Counted from the stretch's first letter, positions 17,693 to 26,600 are shown. The stretch: 64,000 nt of DNA from a virus (IMGVR_UViG_3300032093_000121:62-64061); one strand, 5' to 3'. Notes: generated from the letters alone by a model not told the origin. Program-made: numbers and translations.

Positions 17693-18033
17693 ACTCGAGA
17701 CTCCCAGAACTTGACGAGATCAGAGCAAGAAACCTTGCCAGTCTCCATCTGGTTGAACCAGAAGCGAGTGATGCCGATTTCCTCGGCGCATTCCTCCTGA
17801 GTTCTACCAGCACGTCGACGCAGGATAAGACAAATCTCATCCTGAGTCAACTCGCCGAGTTCCGGGAGCGTGATACCAGACCGAATATCTTCATCATCGC
17901 GCTCCAACCGACCGTAGCAGTTGCGCGTCATGCCGAACCTCTTGGCGATCACTTCCTGGGACTCGCCGGAACGCCGACGGGAAATCAGGAGAGTTTCGCC
18001 GACGGTCAGCCCCTTGTGATCGAACGTAGCCAC
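17689..18033 (-). CDS. Tandem XRE-type HTH protein
   Basis: Two units: RRRSGESQEVIAKRFGMTR..YGRLE and RRRAGRTQEECAEEIGITR.W.NQMETG; start approximate. Confidence 0.75.
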   Translation of the reverse strand: MATFDHKGLTVGETLLISRRRSGESQEVIAKRFGMTRNCYGRLERDDEDIRSGITLPELGELTQDEICLILRRRAGRTQEECAEEIGITRFWFNQMETGKVSCSDLVKFWESRV

Positions 18034-18422
18034 GACAGAAGCCTTTCGTGATCCAAGCCCGCTGGGAAGTGCAGCAGAGCTTCTTTCCGCATTTCGAGGC
18101 GAGTCATATTGCCGAAACGGTCCTTCGCGGTTTCCCCGCTGAAGAAGAACCATTCCCGCGCCACCTGAGCGCAGACCAGAGTCGTTCCCCCTCTCATCCA
18201 ACGACGAGCCAACCATATCCCCTGCTCCTTGGTGAGGGGATGAGGAAAGCGCACCGGGTTCTTGTCGGCGTTGACCGGCCAAACTTTGAGCCACTTGCAC
18301 TCTATCCATCCCCCTATGAAATTCACGTCTGGTGTACCAGCGCGCATATGATTTTCGATTGGAACCGCGTCAAGGGGTTTCATCGCCTTGACGAGATTCT
18401 GACGCATCCCAGACTCACTCAT
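18006..18422 (-). CDS. PD-(D/E)XK nuclease (VRR-NUC / Holliday junction resolvase-like)
   Basis: IEN...GTPDV....WIECK, Q.IW. Confidence 0.8.
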   Translation of the reverse strand: MSESGMRQNLVKAMKPLDAVPIENHMRAGTPDVNFIGGWIECKWLKVWPVNADKNPVRFPHPLTKEQGIWLARRWMRGGTTLVCAQVAREWFFFSGETAKDRFGNMTRLEMRKEALLHFPAGLDHERLLSWLRSITRG

Positions 18423-18431
18423 TATGTGCTC

Positions 18432-18460
18432 ACCTTAGCATCCGGCCGTTCATTTGACAA
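18432..18460 (-). promoter_or_regulatory. Motif-family promoter 7
   Basis: TTGTCA-aatgaac..(N17)-TAAGGT; near-leaderless transcript. Confidence 0.65.
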
Positions 18461-18470
18461 GTGCCGAGTT

Positions 18471-18932
18471 TCAATTCGCAGCGTAACTTACGACCTCGAG
18501 GCCAGCCTGCTTCATCATCTCGAGCCCAAGGAGGCAGGAGGATTTCCAGCGCTCCTCGTCCCAGCCGCCAGCCGACTTCTGGAAGTAGACGACGCGCTTG
18601 ATCCCGGCGTTGATGATGACGCCAGCGCACCGTTCGCAGGAAGGACCGTGTCCAGGAGGCCACGAGTATAGCGTCGCACCGCGAAGATCGTCGTGAGCGT
18701 TGAGGATCGCATTGACCTCGCCGTGAACGACTCGCCGGTACTTCTCCTCGCGGTTGTTCCAGATTTCGAGGGACTGGTCTGTTCCTCTTGGGAAATCGTT
18801 GCAGCCTTGGGAGACGAGGCGACCGTCCTTTACGACGACTGCCCCGCACTTCGTCGAGGGATCAGGAGAGTCCAGAGAGGCCACTCGGGCCATCTCCAGA
18901 AACTGACGATCAGCTTTCTCGATAACGTCCAT
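18471..18932 (-). CDS. dCMP deaminase
   Basis: S.DPSTKCGAV, G.N.FPRG, VVHGEVNAI, PSCERC, AGIKRVV; start MDVIEK coupled by TAATG. Confidence 0.92.
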   Translation of the reverse strand: MDVIEKADRQFLEMARVASLDSPDPSTKCGAVVVKDGRLVSQGCNDFPRGTDQSLEIWNNREEKYRRVVHGEVNAILNAHDDLRGATLYSWPPGHGPSCERCAGVIINAGIKRVVYFQKSAGGWDEERWKSSCLLGLEMMKQAGLEVVSYAAN

Positions 18933-19654
18933 TAGACGATCCCCTCGTCCCGCTGGTGGAGCATCATCGCGAGATTGGCGACGTCGACCGGATCGCCCTT
19001 CTGCACGTGATTGCGGAGCATGTGAGACAGCTCTGCCTGAGAGCAGGCTTCCTTGTCTTCCCAGCCGCCGCGACCCTCGGCCCGCTTCTGCGCCAGCTTG
19101 TCCTTCATGGCCTCGGCGAATGCGTCGACCGCATCGTTGTCCGAGTGAGGAAGGATCGGCAGTTGCAGAACACGGTCCAGCTTCGGAGGCGAGTAGTTCG
19201 GCCCCTTCACGACGCGACCGGCGCTGCTCGTCACCGGCTTGCCGTTCTCGTCCAGCTTGCTCATGTTCGAGCGATGGACTTCGCGCAGACCGAGGTTCTT
19301 GTACTCGGAGAGCCCAAGAGTGATGTAGGTCCCGTCGACGACGTAGCTGAGATCCACCAGCGCGTCGAAGCACTCGACGATATCGCGATTGATCATGCCC
19401 TCCGAGAGCTCGGCCAGTTCTTCCTGGATAAGCTGAAGACGGATAAGGACGAGCGCCCCGGCCTCGTCTCCCTGCTCGCGAGCAGCCTGAGCATTCTGCT
19501 TCAGACGCTCACCGAGTTCGGCAGCGGCGACATGGTAGCTGGCGAGAGCTCCGGTCGCGTAGCTGGCGTAGACAGGGACTTCTGGCTTCGTCCCGATGAA
19601 TGCGCCGAAGACAGCCTGGAACTGTCGAACGAGCGTGATGCCAAGATCTTTCAT
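18932..19654 (-). CDS. MazG-like NTP pyrophosphohydrolase with an extra C-terminal helical domain
   Basis: LIQEELAEL, DALVDLSYV, EVHRSNMSKL, G.V.KGP.Y.PP. Confidence 0.85.
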   Translation of the reverse strand: MKDLGITLVRQFQAVFGAFIGTKPEVPVYASYATGALASYHVAAAELGERLKQNAQAAREQGDEAGALVLIRLQLIQEELAELSEGMINRDIVECFDALVDLSYVVDGTYITLGLSEYKNLGLREVHRSNMSKLDENGKPVTSSAGRVVKGPNYSPPKLDRVLQLPILPHSDNDAVDAFAEAMKDKLAQKRAEGRGGWEDKEACSQAELSHMLRNHVQKGDPVDVANLAMMLHQRDEGIV

Positions 19655-19669
19655 ATCATTTCTCCTTTT

Positions 19670-19885
19670 CTACGATTGTTTCTCGAAGCGGTCGTTGAAT
19701 TCTTCCACAGGGCGGACCCAGATCAGGCCGTCCTGCAGACTGCGATAGACCACGACATCTCGCATATCTACGTCTGCCCCGTTGTCATCGAGGAAGTCGA
19801 TCCAGTCTTTGGCCTGCATCTTCGCCTCGTGGAGACGCTCGTACAGACCACCAGATTTCTTATGCACCCAGACTTCAGGTTCCAT
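19670..19885 (-). CDS. DUF1653-like protein
   Basis: H.K.GG.Y, VVYRS..DG.IWVRP..EF..RF. Confidence 0.7.
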   Translation of the reverse strand: MEPEVWVHKKSGGLYERLHEAKMQAKDWIDFLDDNGADVDMRDVVVYRSLQDGLIWVRPVEEFNDRFEKQS

Positions 19886-21955
19886 TTAATGGATATCTCC
19901 CCAATTAGGGCCGACTTCAGTGTCGACCTTGAACGGGACCATTGGCGACGCGACCTCCAGGATAGAGGTCCTCATGATATCGCCAGCGGCCACTGCCTCT
20001 GCGACGGAGCCGAAGCTGCCGTCGATTTCGTCGTGGACCTGAAGCTGGATATAGTACCCAGCCCGATCCAGATCGATAACTGCCTTCTTGGTCTGGTCGG
20101 CAGACGATCCCTGAATGACTCGGTTCAGCGCCTTATGTGTCCAGTCGTACGAGCCATCCGGACGCTGAGTGAAGTGCAGGCGGCGACCCATGATGGTTCG
20201 CACGAAACCGACACTCTCGGCCCTCTTGCTCGCTTTCTGGGCAATGCCACGGACATATGGAACTTCGGTATCGAAGTTGTCCAGGATCGCCTGACCTTCC
20301 AGACCGGCGACTTCACGAATGATGCCGTCACCTGCCGCTGCTCGAGCCGACCATGCCTCGTGGCGGTTCTCAAAATACTGAGTTTCCTTCTTGGAACCGT
20401 AGCCTCGGTGGAGAGCCCAGCGAGTGGGAAGACCGATGTCTTCGCAGAGCTTGGCACCGCCTTCACCGTAGCAGAGGCCGAGGAAGATCTGCTTGGAGTA
20501 GCCGCGATTGACCTTGTACGACTTCTTGTCGTTCTCGAACCAGTCCTCGACCTGAGCGTCGCCGTGGATCAGCCGGGTCATCATATCGTGGTTGTCAGTG
20601 TCCGGATTGTCACGGTAGCGACGAGCGGCTTCCTCGGCTTTCGGCAAACCCATCACCGCAGCGAAGTGAGTCGTCCAGCGTGGCTCCTGCTGACTGTAGT
20701 CGTTGACGCCCCAGATCGCTCCCTCCTCAGGGATGAAAATCTTTCGCCACTCCAGGATGATCTGCGGGTCGTCCGGTTGAACGCGATCTGGAGAATACTG
20801 CTGCTGAAGGTTCGGGTCGGTCGCTGACAGACGTCCGTAGCGAACTCCCTTCTGCTCGCCGCCTTCGTCCTCTCGTGCGATCTGGTGGAAAGTGCAGTGA
20901 ATTCGCCCATTGGTCGCATACCGATGAATGGAGGCCGCGAAGGTCGTGCGGATCTTGTTCACCTTGCGAGCGTTGGATATCGCTTTCGCAACCGGATGCT
21001 TCAGACCTTCCAGCATTTCTGCGTCGATCTGCGGAGCGCCAGTGCTCGTCTTTCCGAGCTTCACTCCCAGCGACTCAAGGGCCGGTGCGAGAGCTCCAGC
21101 CTTCCAGACATCGCCGACAGCGACATTGACCCCGGTTTGATCGCGAACGAAACGAAGAGCCTCGATCTCCTCGTTCAGCGCTCTCTCCTCGATCTCCCGC
21201 AATTTCTCAAAGTCGATCCGGACACCTCGCTGTCGCATCTTGACCAGCACCGGGAGAAGGGCTGTCTCCAGATCGAACACCTGCCACAGATCGTCTTTGT
21301 CGATGACCTCGCGCTGCTTCTCGTAGATGAGCAGGGGAGCGTCCACGTCGTTCTCTGCGTACTCGCCAACGTAGCGAGCGGGAAGCCTCCACATTCCGGC
21401 ACCGGGGTCCAGCCCCATGGAGCGGGCAGCTTCGAAGAGAACGTCAGTCTCCTTACCCTTGACTCCCCACCGCTCGCCGATGTTCTTCAGGCTATACGAA
21501 TGGTGAAGTTCGTAGATCAGCGGATCGGCGATTTGAATGTCACGGAACTTAACGTCCTGATGAAACTCGATACCGTCCGTGGCAGCGTAGTCGATATCAT
21601 ACGACAAGTTCGCGCCAACGATTTCGCCATCGAAGTTCTTCAGCTGCTCACGGAGATACCCGAGGACTGCCTCCACTGGCAGATTGTCCCCGCCCTCGTG
21701 GCGAATGGGAAGATAGTGTTTCGGCCCTCCCTCGATCTTGAAGCCCCATCCAGTGGTGTAGCCTCCTCTCCTTGGGCCAGGTCCGAGATCACGGAGCTGA
21801 CTGTCCTTGGTTTCGCAGTCAAGTGCAACCCGCTTCGCTCCAGCCCAAGAAGGGAGGGAGCTCATCTCGGGTGCGCGCCAGGAACTGTCAGGCATCAAGA
21901 AACTCATCTGGACTGCGCCTCCTAGATTGGGGTTATGCTTTTTCTTGGTTGCCAT
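19886..21955 (-). CDS. polA: Family A DNA polymerase with 3'-5' exonuclease
   Basis: ALDCET, GRLS..PNLQQ, DYSQQEPR, K.IFLGLCYG, IQGSSAD, LQVHDEI. Confidence 0.95.
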   Translation of the reverse strand: MATKKKHNPNLGGAVQMSFLMPDSSWRAPEMSSLPSWAGAKRVALDCETKDSQLRDLGPGPRRGGYTTGWGFKIEGGPKHYLPIRHEGGDNLPVEAVLGYLREQLKNFDGEIVGANLSYDIDYAATDGIEFHQDVKFRDIQIADPLIYELHHSYSLKNIGERWGVKGKETDVLFEAARSMGLDPGAGMWRLPARYVGEYAENDVDAPLLIYEKQREVIDKDDLWQVFDLETALLPVLVKMRQRGVRIDFEKLREIEERALNEEIEALRFVRDQTGVNVAVGDVWKAGALAPALESLGVKLGKTSTGAPQIDAEMLEGLKHPVAKAISNARKVNKIRTTFAASIHRYATNGRIHCTFHQIAREDEGGEQKGVRYGRLSATDPNLQQQYSPDRVQPDDPQIILEWRKIFIPEEGAIWGVNDYSQQEPRWTTHFAAVMGLPKAEEAARRYRDNPDTDNHDMMTRLIHGDAQVEDWFENDKKSYKVNRGYSKQIFLGLCYGEGGAKLCEDIGLPTRWALHRGYGSKKETQYFENRHEAWSARAAAGDGIIREVAGLEGQAILDNFDTEVPYVRGIAQKASKRAESVGFVRTIMGRRLHFTQRPDGSYDWTHKALNRVIQGSSADQTKKAVIDLDRAGYYIQLQVHDEIDGSFGSVAEAVAAGDIMRTSILEVASPMVPFKVDTEVGPNWGDIH

Positions 21956-22112
21956 TCTTTTCCTCGTACCTTCTCCACGCCAGAGCGGCATTCATTAGAG
22001 CTTCAGCCTCGGTGGCCCCGGTTCCGTGATGACCCGGACCCTGCTTGATGTCGCAGCGCCACGAATGACCCTGTATCGGAGAGGCTTGCGGATAGATAAC
22101 GATTGTAACCAC
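21933..22112 (-). CDS. 59-aa HicB-N-terminal-like protein, not in the ORF track
   Basis: Manual translation MVTIVIYPQASPIQGHSWRCDIKQGPGHHGTGATEAEALMNAALAWRRYEEKNGNQEKA; AAGGGG SD. Confidence 0.55.
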   Translation of the reverse strand: MVTIVIYPQASPIQGHSWRCDIKQGPGHHGTGATEAEALMNAALAWRRYEEKNGNQEKA

Positions 22113-22131
22113 GAATGAACCCCTTTATTGC

Positions 22132-22272
22132 GACTGTCAGACGGCGCTGGCCTTTGGTTGCCGTGCTAGGCTAGGCCAGCGCCGCGCTCGGAGGGCCTCT
22201 GAGGGCCTCGCCGTGCTAGGGTGGCATATACCCTAAGCCGTTGCGCCCCGCCCGCCAGCGGCCTTCTGAGCG
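22132..22272. repeat. TCWGAG-box island C (inverted relative of B)
   Basis: GACTGTCAGA, CTCGGAG/CTCTGAG pair, GCCAGCGGCCTTCTGAG; TC/GA-free spacers. Confidence 0.7.
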
Positions 22273-22763
22273 GTCTGGAGCAGGTCGTTTAACCGCCCCA
22301 TCGTGGCCGCTCGTTCAGACTCTGACTCATCGTACTGGAAGAGGTTCAAGATGCCCCAGAGAGCCATCTCGTCTTCCCGCTCAATGTTGTTGGCGGCGAT
22401 GAAACGATGTGTCGCAGCGCAGCCATCACGGAGGAAGAAATCGTGGTTGAAGAAGTTCTTGCACCCACTTGCGATATACTTCTCGACATAGTGGATCGCC
22501 TTCTGAACGTCCTCAGCCCCGTTCTTCTTGCGCCACCGGATGATGTATTTCGTCGCACACCCGATGACATAGGGAATGTCATGATCGATGACCCAGTCCC
22601 AATGCTGATAGGGAGAGCGATAGTGCTCTCCCCCGACTTGACGGTCGTTGACTTGCTCTGTGTTGAATTGCTCCATGCGGTTCCCTCTGTCACAAGTTGG
22701 ATCGCGGCAGTCGTCGTACTCGTAGCGTTCCCTGCCGCAAGGACAGCCCCGGTCGTGGCTCAT
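22233..22763 (-). CDS. DUF3310 protein (family of T7 gp1.7 nucleotide kinase)
   Basis: QVGGEHY, GCATKYIIRWRKKNG.EDVQKAIHY. Confidence 0.8.
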   Translation of the reverse strand: MSHDRGCPCGRERYEYDDCRDPTCDRGNRMEQFNTEQVNDRQVGGEHYRSPYQHWDWVIDHDIPYVIGCATKYIIRWRKKNGAEDVQKAIHYVEKYIASGCKNFFNHDFFLRDGCAATHRFIAANNIEREDEMALWGILNLFQYDESESERAATMGRLNDLLQTAQKAAGGRGATA

Positions 22764-23353
22764 GCCAGCAACCTCTGAATGATGTGGCCTGTCCGCTCCG
22801 GACGAAGGTCGACCTCGTCCAGCCGCTTCCGGAGAGCCTCCGCTTCCTTGGGCAGAGGCCGGGTCACCCAAGCCTCCTCGAGAGCCAAGATGCATTCCTC
22901 AGCGAACCGATTGCCGAGGAACAACTGCTCCTTGCTCCAGAGCCAGAGTTCCAGATGATCGCAGGCTTTCAGCTTGCGGTGATCGTCCTCCGACAGGTCG
23001 CTCTCATTCGGCAGCCCGAGGGAGTGGCTGATGAGAGTTTCCATGCCAGCGATGCCTTCCCGGAGCCCAGGAATGTGACGCAGCGGAGGAGCGGGAATGT
23101 CGCCGACGACCCGCTCGGGAACGTCGTGTGCCAGACAGGCGAGAGCCAGCCGGGGGAAGTCCTCCGGCCAGAGATAGTGCATCAGCATGGCGACGCCCCA
23201 CGAGTGAGCAGCGTTGCTGTAGGAGCCGAGATGAACGACGCCGTGGCACCGCTCGACCTTCCCGCCAGCCCTGCTCTCGATCACGTTGCGAGCGGTCCTG
23301 GCGACCTCGGAGATCGTGGCCGGTTCGTCCCGGCAGTCATCATAGTGACCCAT
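22760..23353 (-). CDS. HD-domain 5'-deoxynucleotidase (YfbR-like)
   Basis: R.H, SNAAHSW, LAHDVPE..VGDIPAP, LKACD.LE. Confidence 0.85.
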   Translation of the reverse strand: MGHYDDCRDEPATISEVARTARNVIESRAGGKVERCHGVVHLGSYSNAAHSWGVAMLMHYLWPEDFPRLALACLAHDVPERVVGDIPAPPLRHIPGLREGIAGMETLISHSLGLPNESDLSEDDHRKLKACDHLELWLWSKEQLFLGNRFAEECILALEEAWVTRPLPKEAEALRKRLDEVDLRPERTGHIIQRLLA

Positions 23354-24414
23354 CAGCTTGCACTCCGCTTGCGACGCTCGAGCCACTCGGTCGCGGCCAG
23401 CTTCCAGTCGCTGGCTTCGCACGACTCCAAATGACGGAGAGCGTCGGTGAAACGGTTCTTGTTGTCACGGTCCTTGTAGGAGAACCATGCGTTCCACATG
23501 GGGCTGACGACCTTGCGGAAGAAGCGATCCTGGAACCCTGGGATCGGTCCGCTTTCCATGAACATCAGCAGATCGCCGATCCACGCTTCGATGGGACCGT
23601 TAACCATCGGGAACGGCTGAACGACTGGCTGGTTCTTGCGACCGTACTGATACGGATCGATCTCGAACTTGCCGAACTCGCCGCGCTCGATCAAGCTCTT
23701 ATGCTTGTCGAAGACATTGACGTAGGCGTGCCAGTCATTGCTGACTTGCCAGTAGCGACCGACCGGAACACCGATCCACCCTGCCATGAATTCCTGGAGC
23801 ATGGACATGTGAACTGCGTTCGCGCCGTATGCACCCCAGATGATATCATTGGAGCGATTGAGGACGGTCATGTTGAGGCGACCGTCGGTGCCGATCTTGA
23901 AGTAGATCTGCGTATTGCAGGGAACGTCCTTGCCGACGCGACCGAGATCGGACTCGGCATCCCACATTTGGAGGACGCAGCGTCGCTCCTTGGGATTCTT
24001 CTTCAACATTTCGGCGATCTGCTGAAGCTGGTTGAACGGGACATATTCGGGGCTGTCCTCGTCTGGGCCGATGTCAGTCACGAAATGGTTGATCCAGCGA
24101 TAGCCGTAGGCTCCGTGGAAGGTTTCGCCATCGTCGCTGAACTGACTGATGTTCGCGCTGAACTGCGAAATCCAGCCGACGTCGTTCCGTCCAGCCAGCA
24201 TCCACAGACCTTCCATGAAGTGGAAGAATGGGTTGGCGTCCCGATCAGCCCAGAAGAGAACCCGTTCGGTCGGTTTCTCGTAGAGCGTGGTGACAGGGGT
24301 CTTCGCAACCAGAACATCGCCAGCGCGACTCTCGTTGCGAACCCCGTCGCTTGCCAGAGTGGCCATCCCCTTGTAGAGAGCCTCCTGGACGTTTCGTACT
24401 TCTAGGACTTTCAA
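23353..24414 (-). CDS. dUMP hydroxymethylase (thymidylate synthase fold)
   Basis: RDANPFFH..E.LW, GAYGYRW, KDVPCN, RSNDIIWGAYGAN (Asn indicates dUMP specificity), WHAY; TTG start with GGAGG SD. Confidence 0.85.
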   Translation of the reverse strand: MKVLEVRNVQEALYKGMATLASDGVRNESRAGDVLVAKTPVTTLYEKPTERVLFWADRDANPFFHFMEGLWMLAGRNDVGWISQFSANISQFSDDGETFHGAYGYRWINHFVTDIGPDEDSPEYVPFNQLQQIAEMLKKNPKERRCVLQMWDAESDLGRVGKDVPCNTQIYFKIGTDGRLNMTVLNRSNDIIWGAYGANAVHMSMLQEFMAGWIGVPVGRYWQVSNDWHAYVNVFDKHKSLIERGEFGKFEIDPYQYGRKNQPVVQPFPMVNGPIEAWIGDLLMFMESGPIPGFQDRFFRKVVSPMWNAWFSYKDRDNKNRFTDALRHLESCEASDWKLAATEWLERRKRSAS

Positions 24415-24415
24415 C

Positions 24416-24622
24416 TCAGCCTCCTGTGATCTCTTTAATGATGAGATCGGCGGGACCGTCGACCTCGGCGATTTTCGCAGCGATCTCAGCAGGTGTGAGA
24501 TCGATGAACTTCCCGGCGATGACTGCCGCCGTGAGAAGATTGACGAATGTGAGGCGAGGATCACCGGAGGCGTTGTTCGCCATCGTGAGAACTGCCGCTA
24601 TCGTGTGAGTGGGATTCAACAT
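24416..24622 (-). CDS. Hypothetical protein
   Basis: TGATG coupling inside the modification operon. Confidence 0.6.
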   Translation of the reverse strand: MLNPTHTIAAVLTMANNASGDPRLTFVNLLTAAVIAGKFIDLTPAEIAAKIAEVDGPADLIIKEITGG

Positions 24623-24828
24623 CAGTTCAGGTTCCTCAGAGGTATGAAGCCAGTGGACCAGAACCATTTCTCGTCACTGACTTCTTCGAACGAGTAGAAG
24701 AGCTGGCCGAAGATGTTCTTCCGGTCCAGGACTGTCAGCCGCATTCCCTGATGGAGCGCCTCGAACTTATCTCCGTAGGCGTTCCACCAATCGTCATGCT
24801 GACAGATGCACTTCTCGCCGCGCTCCAT
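24622..24828 (-). CDS. Hypothetical protein
   Basis: AGGAG SD, 1 nt after the GT stop. Confidence 0.6.
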   Translation of the reverse strand: MERGEKCICQHDDWWNAYGDKFEALHQGMRLTVLDRKNIFGQLFYSFEEVSDEKWFWSTGFIPLRNLN

Positions 24829-24829
24829 G

Positions 24830-25609
24830 TCAGGCTCCTGCCGATGCCCGAGCCTTCTTCCAGAAGACTGTCACTTCGGTGCGGTTGCCGAACTCGCCGC
24901 CAGTCTTGTTTTCCTTCTGGCGAATGTTCACGAAGCCGGGGTGGAGCTCGGCCAGCCGGTGAGCCGAGACCGCTTGGGTCTCCAGGGTGCGATAGTCGGA
25001 CGATCCGCCTGGAGCGTTGGTCCCGCCCTGATTGTAGCAGAACTCGGACAGCAGATGGTTGTCGAAGCCCAACCGGAGAAGCTGGAGGTTCACGTCGAAG
25101 TCGTTCATCGGATTCATGCGATCGTGGATCACACGCTCGTCGAGGAACATGCTGCGACGGTAGATGATGCAGCCGTTGAGACGCGTATTCGCGTTGCCCT
25201 CGGGCTCGAGCCGATTGTTGCCCTGACGCATGGAGACGCCGACACCGTAGAGGTTGCTGTTCTTGGCGAACAGACCCTCGATGGCCTCGACCATGTCGTC
25301 CCAGTCGTCATCTTCCATCTTGCGGAGCTGAGGCTCGAACGGATCGCTGCGACGGAAGAACACGAAGTCGTCGTCGCAGAGCATCACGAGTTCATCGGTG
25401 GCGTCCTTGGCCATCTGCTCCAGCTTGCGACCGAGCAGGTCGTTCAGCGTGGTCACCGACTTGATGGTCAGGCTTGGATTGGCGGCTTGGTAGTCGCCCT
25501 TCTGCTCGACTGCGACATAGACCGTCGTGTTCGCGAGGTACTTCTCGGGAATGTTCGACGGGGTGACCATCGTCTTGGGACGAGAGCGGGACGGGATCAG
25601 AATCTGCAT
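24830..25609 (-). CDS. GT-A DNA glycosyltransferase (T-even glucosyl-hmC glucosyltransferase / TAGT-like)
   Basis: ILIPSRSR, LCDDD, NDFDVNLQLL..G, GTNAPGGSS.YR, L...HP.FV. Confidence 0.8.
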   Translation of the reverse strand: MQILIPSRSRPKTMVTPSNIPEKYLANTTVYVAVEQKGDYQAANPSLTIKSVTTLNDLLGRKLEQMAKDATDELVMLCDDDFVFFRRSDPFEPQLRKMEDDDWDDMVEAIEGLFAKNSNLYGVGVSMRQGNNRLEPEGNANTRLNGCIIYRRSMFLDERVIHDRMNPMNDFDVNLQLLRLGFDNHLLSEFCYNQGGTNAPGGSSDYRTLETQAVSAHRLAELHPGFVNIRQKENKTGGEFGNRTEVTVFWKKARASAGA

Positions 25610-25632
25610 ATTAACCTCCAATGGATAGGCTC

Positions 25633-25661
25633 AGTATAGCCTCTTACTGTTCAGATGACAA
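25633..25661 (-). promoter_or_regulatory. Motif-family promoter 8, driving GT-TS-HD-DUF3310
   Basis: TTGTCA-tctgaac..(N17)-TATACT, overlapping the galE 3' end. Confidence 0.75.
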
Positions 25662-26594
25662 GCGCAGTGTTTCAGCTTCCCACGCGTCCCGGCACATTTG
25701 ATCCATGGTGCGACGCGCCTCCCAGCCGGTCGCAGCCTTGATCGCCCCGGAGTTCGACACGCTGTATTCCAGATCGCCGGTTCGCTTGAGATCGACCATC
25801 GTCTTGGGAATGTCGCGGTTGATCACCTTCTCCATATACTCGACGATCGTGCCGATCTTGTATCCCTTGCCACTGCCGACATTGAAGACATGATGACCGG
25901 TGAGGCCTTCCAGACGGAAGTGGACTTCGGCCAGATCGGAGACGTGAATGAAGTCTCGGACGTTCTCGCCGTTGTTGAAGATCGGCAGAGAGCGGACCCG
26001 GCCAGCCGCCGCTCCGGTGAGCATCGACATGAAGGTATTGGAGCGATACTGCGGAAGCAGAAGATGCGCCGCGATCGGATTGAAGTAGCGAAGAGTGATC
26101 GCTGTCTTCCCTCTCTGGGCAAAGTCGGCGACCATTTCCTCAGCCATCATCTTGCTCCGGCCGTATGCCGAAGTCGGCTTCACCGGAGAATTCTCCGACA
26201 CAGGGAAGCGGCTCTCACCGTAGACTGCGGCCGAGGATGAAAAGACCAGTCGGTCCATTCCGCTGTCCAGCATCGCCTGAAGAACGGTCACGGTTCCGTT
26301 CACGTTCCTCTCGTAATACTGGAGAGGGATCTCCTCCGACTCGCTGGCGTCTTTCAGTCCGGCAGCATGAATGGTGAGGTCCGGACGGAACTTCCGCATG
26401 GAGTCCGTGAGAAGGGCGCGATCGAGAATGTCGCCCTTGACGATCCAAGCCCCTCGGGAGCCCAGGAAGGAGACAAGTCCTGGTCCGGAGTTCGACAGAT
26501 CGTCGAAGATCATGACCTTGTGTCCCTGGACGAGCGCTTGCAGTGCGATATGGGAGCCGATGTATCCGGCTCCCCCGGTGATGAGTATCCGCAT
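25644..26594 (-). CDS. galE: UDP-glucose 4-epimerase-like SDR
   Basis: ITGGAGYIGSH, AGLK..ES...PL.YY..NV.GT, FSSSAAVYG, YGRSK, LRYFNP, RDFIHV.DLA. Confidence 0.9.
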   Translation of the reverse strand: MRILITGGAGYIGSHIALQALVQGHKVMIFDDLSNSGPGLVSFLGSRGAWIVKGDILDRALLTDSMRKFRPDLTIHAAGLKDASESEEIPLQYYERNVNGTVTVLQAMLDSGMDRLVFSSSAAVYGESRFPVSENSPVKPTSAYGRSKMMAEEMVADFAQRGKTAITLRYFNPIAAHLLLPQYRSNTFMSMLTGAAAGRVRSLPIFNNGENVRDFIHVSDLAEVHFRLEGLTGHHVFNVGSGKGYKIGTIVEYMEKVINRDIPKTMVDLKRTGDLEYSVSNSGAIKAATGWEARRTMDQMCRDAWEAETLRLSSEQ

Positions 26595-26600
26595 GGTGTT

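Noticed and set aside
17689-18033. Lysogeny repressor implying a temperate lifestyle
   Set aside because: No integrase, ParA or protelomerase recognised; the HTH lacks a peptidase domain and lies inside the replication operon
22760-23353. HD + MazG + PolA as a Z-genome (DatZ/MazZ/DpoZ) system
   Set aside because: No PurZ recognised; context is pyrimidine modification
23353-24414. dCMP hydroxymethylase giving T4-like glucosyl-hmC
   Set aside because: Specificity residue is Asn and an hmdU kinase is in the same cluster; not fully excluded without an assay
25644-26594. galE as an LPS-conversion or auxiliary metabolic gene
   Set aside because: No membrane glycosylation genes; it sits between two DNA-modifying enzymes
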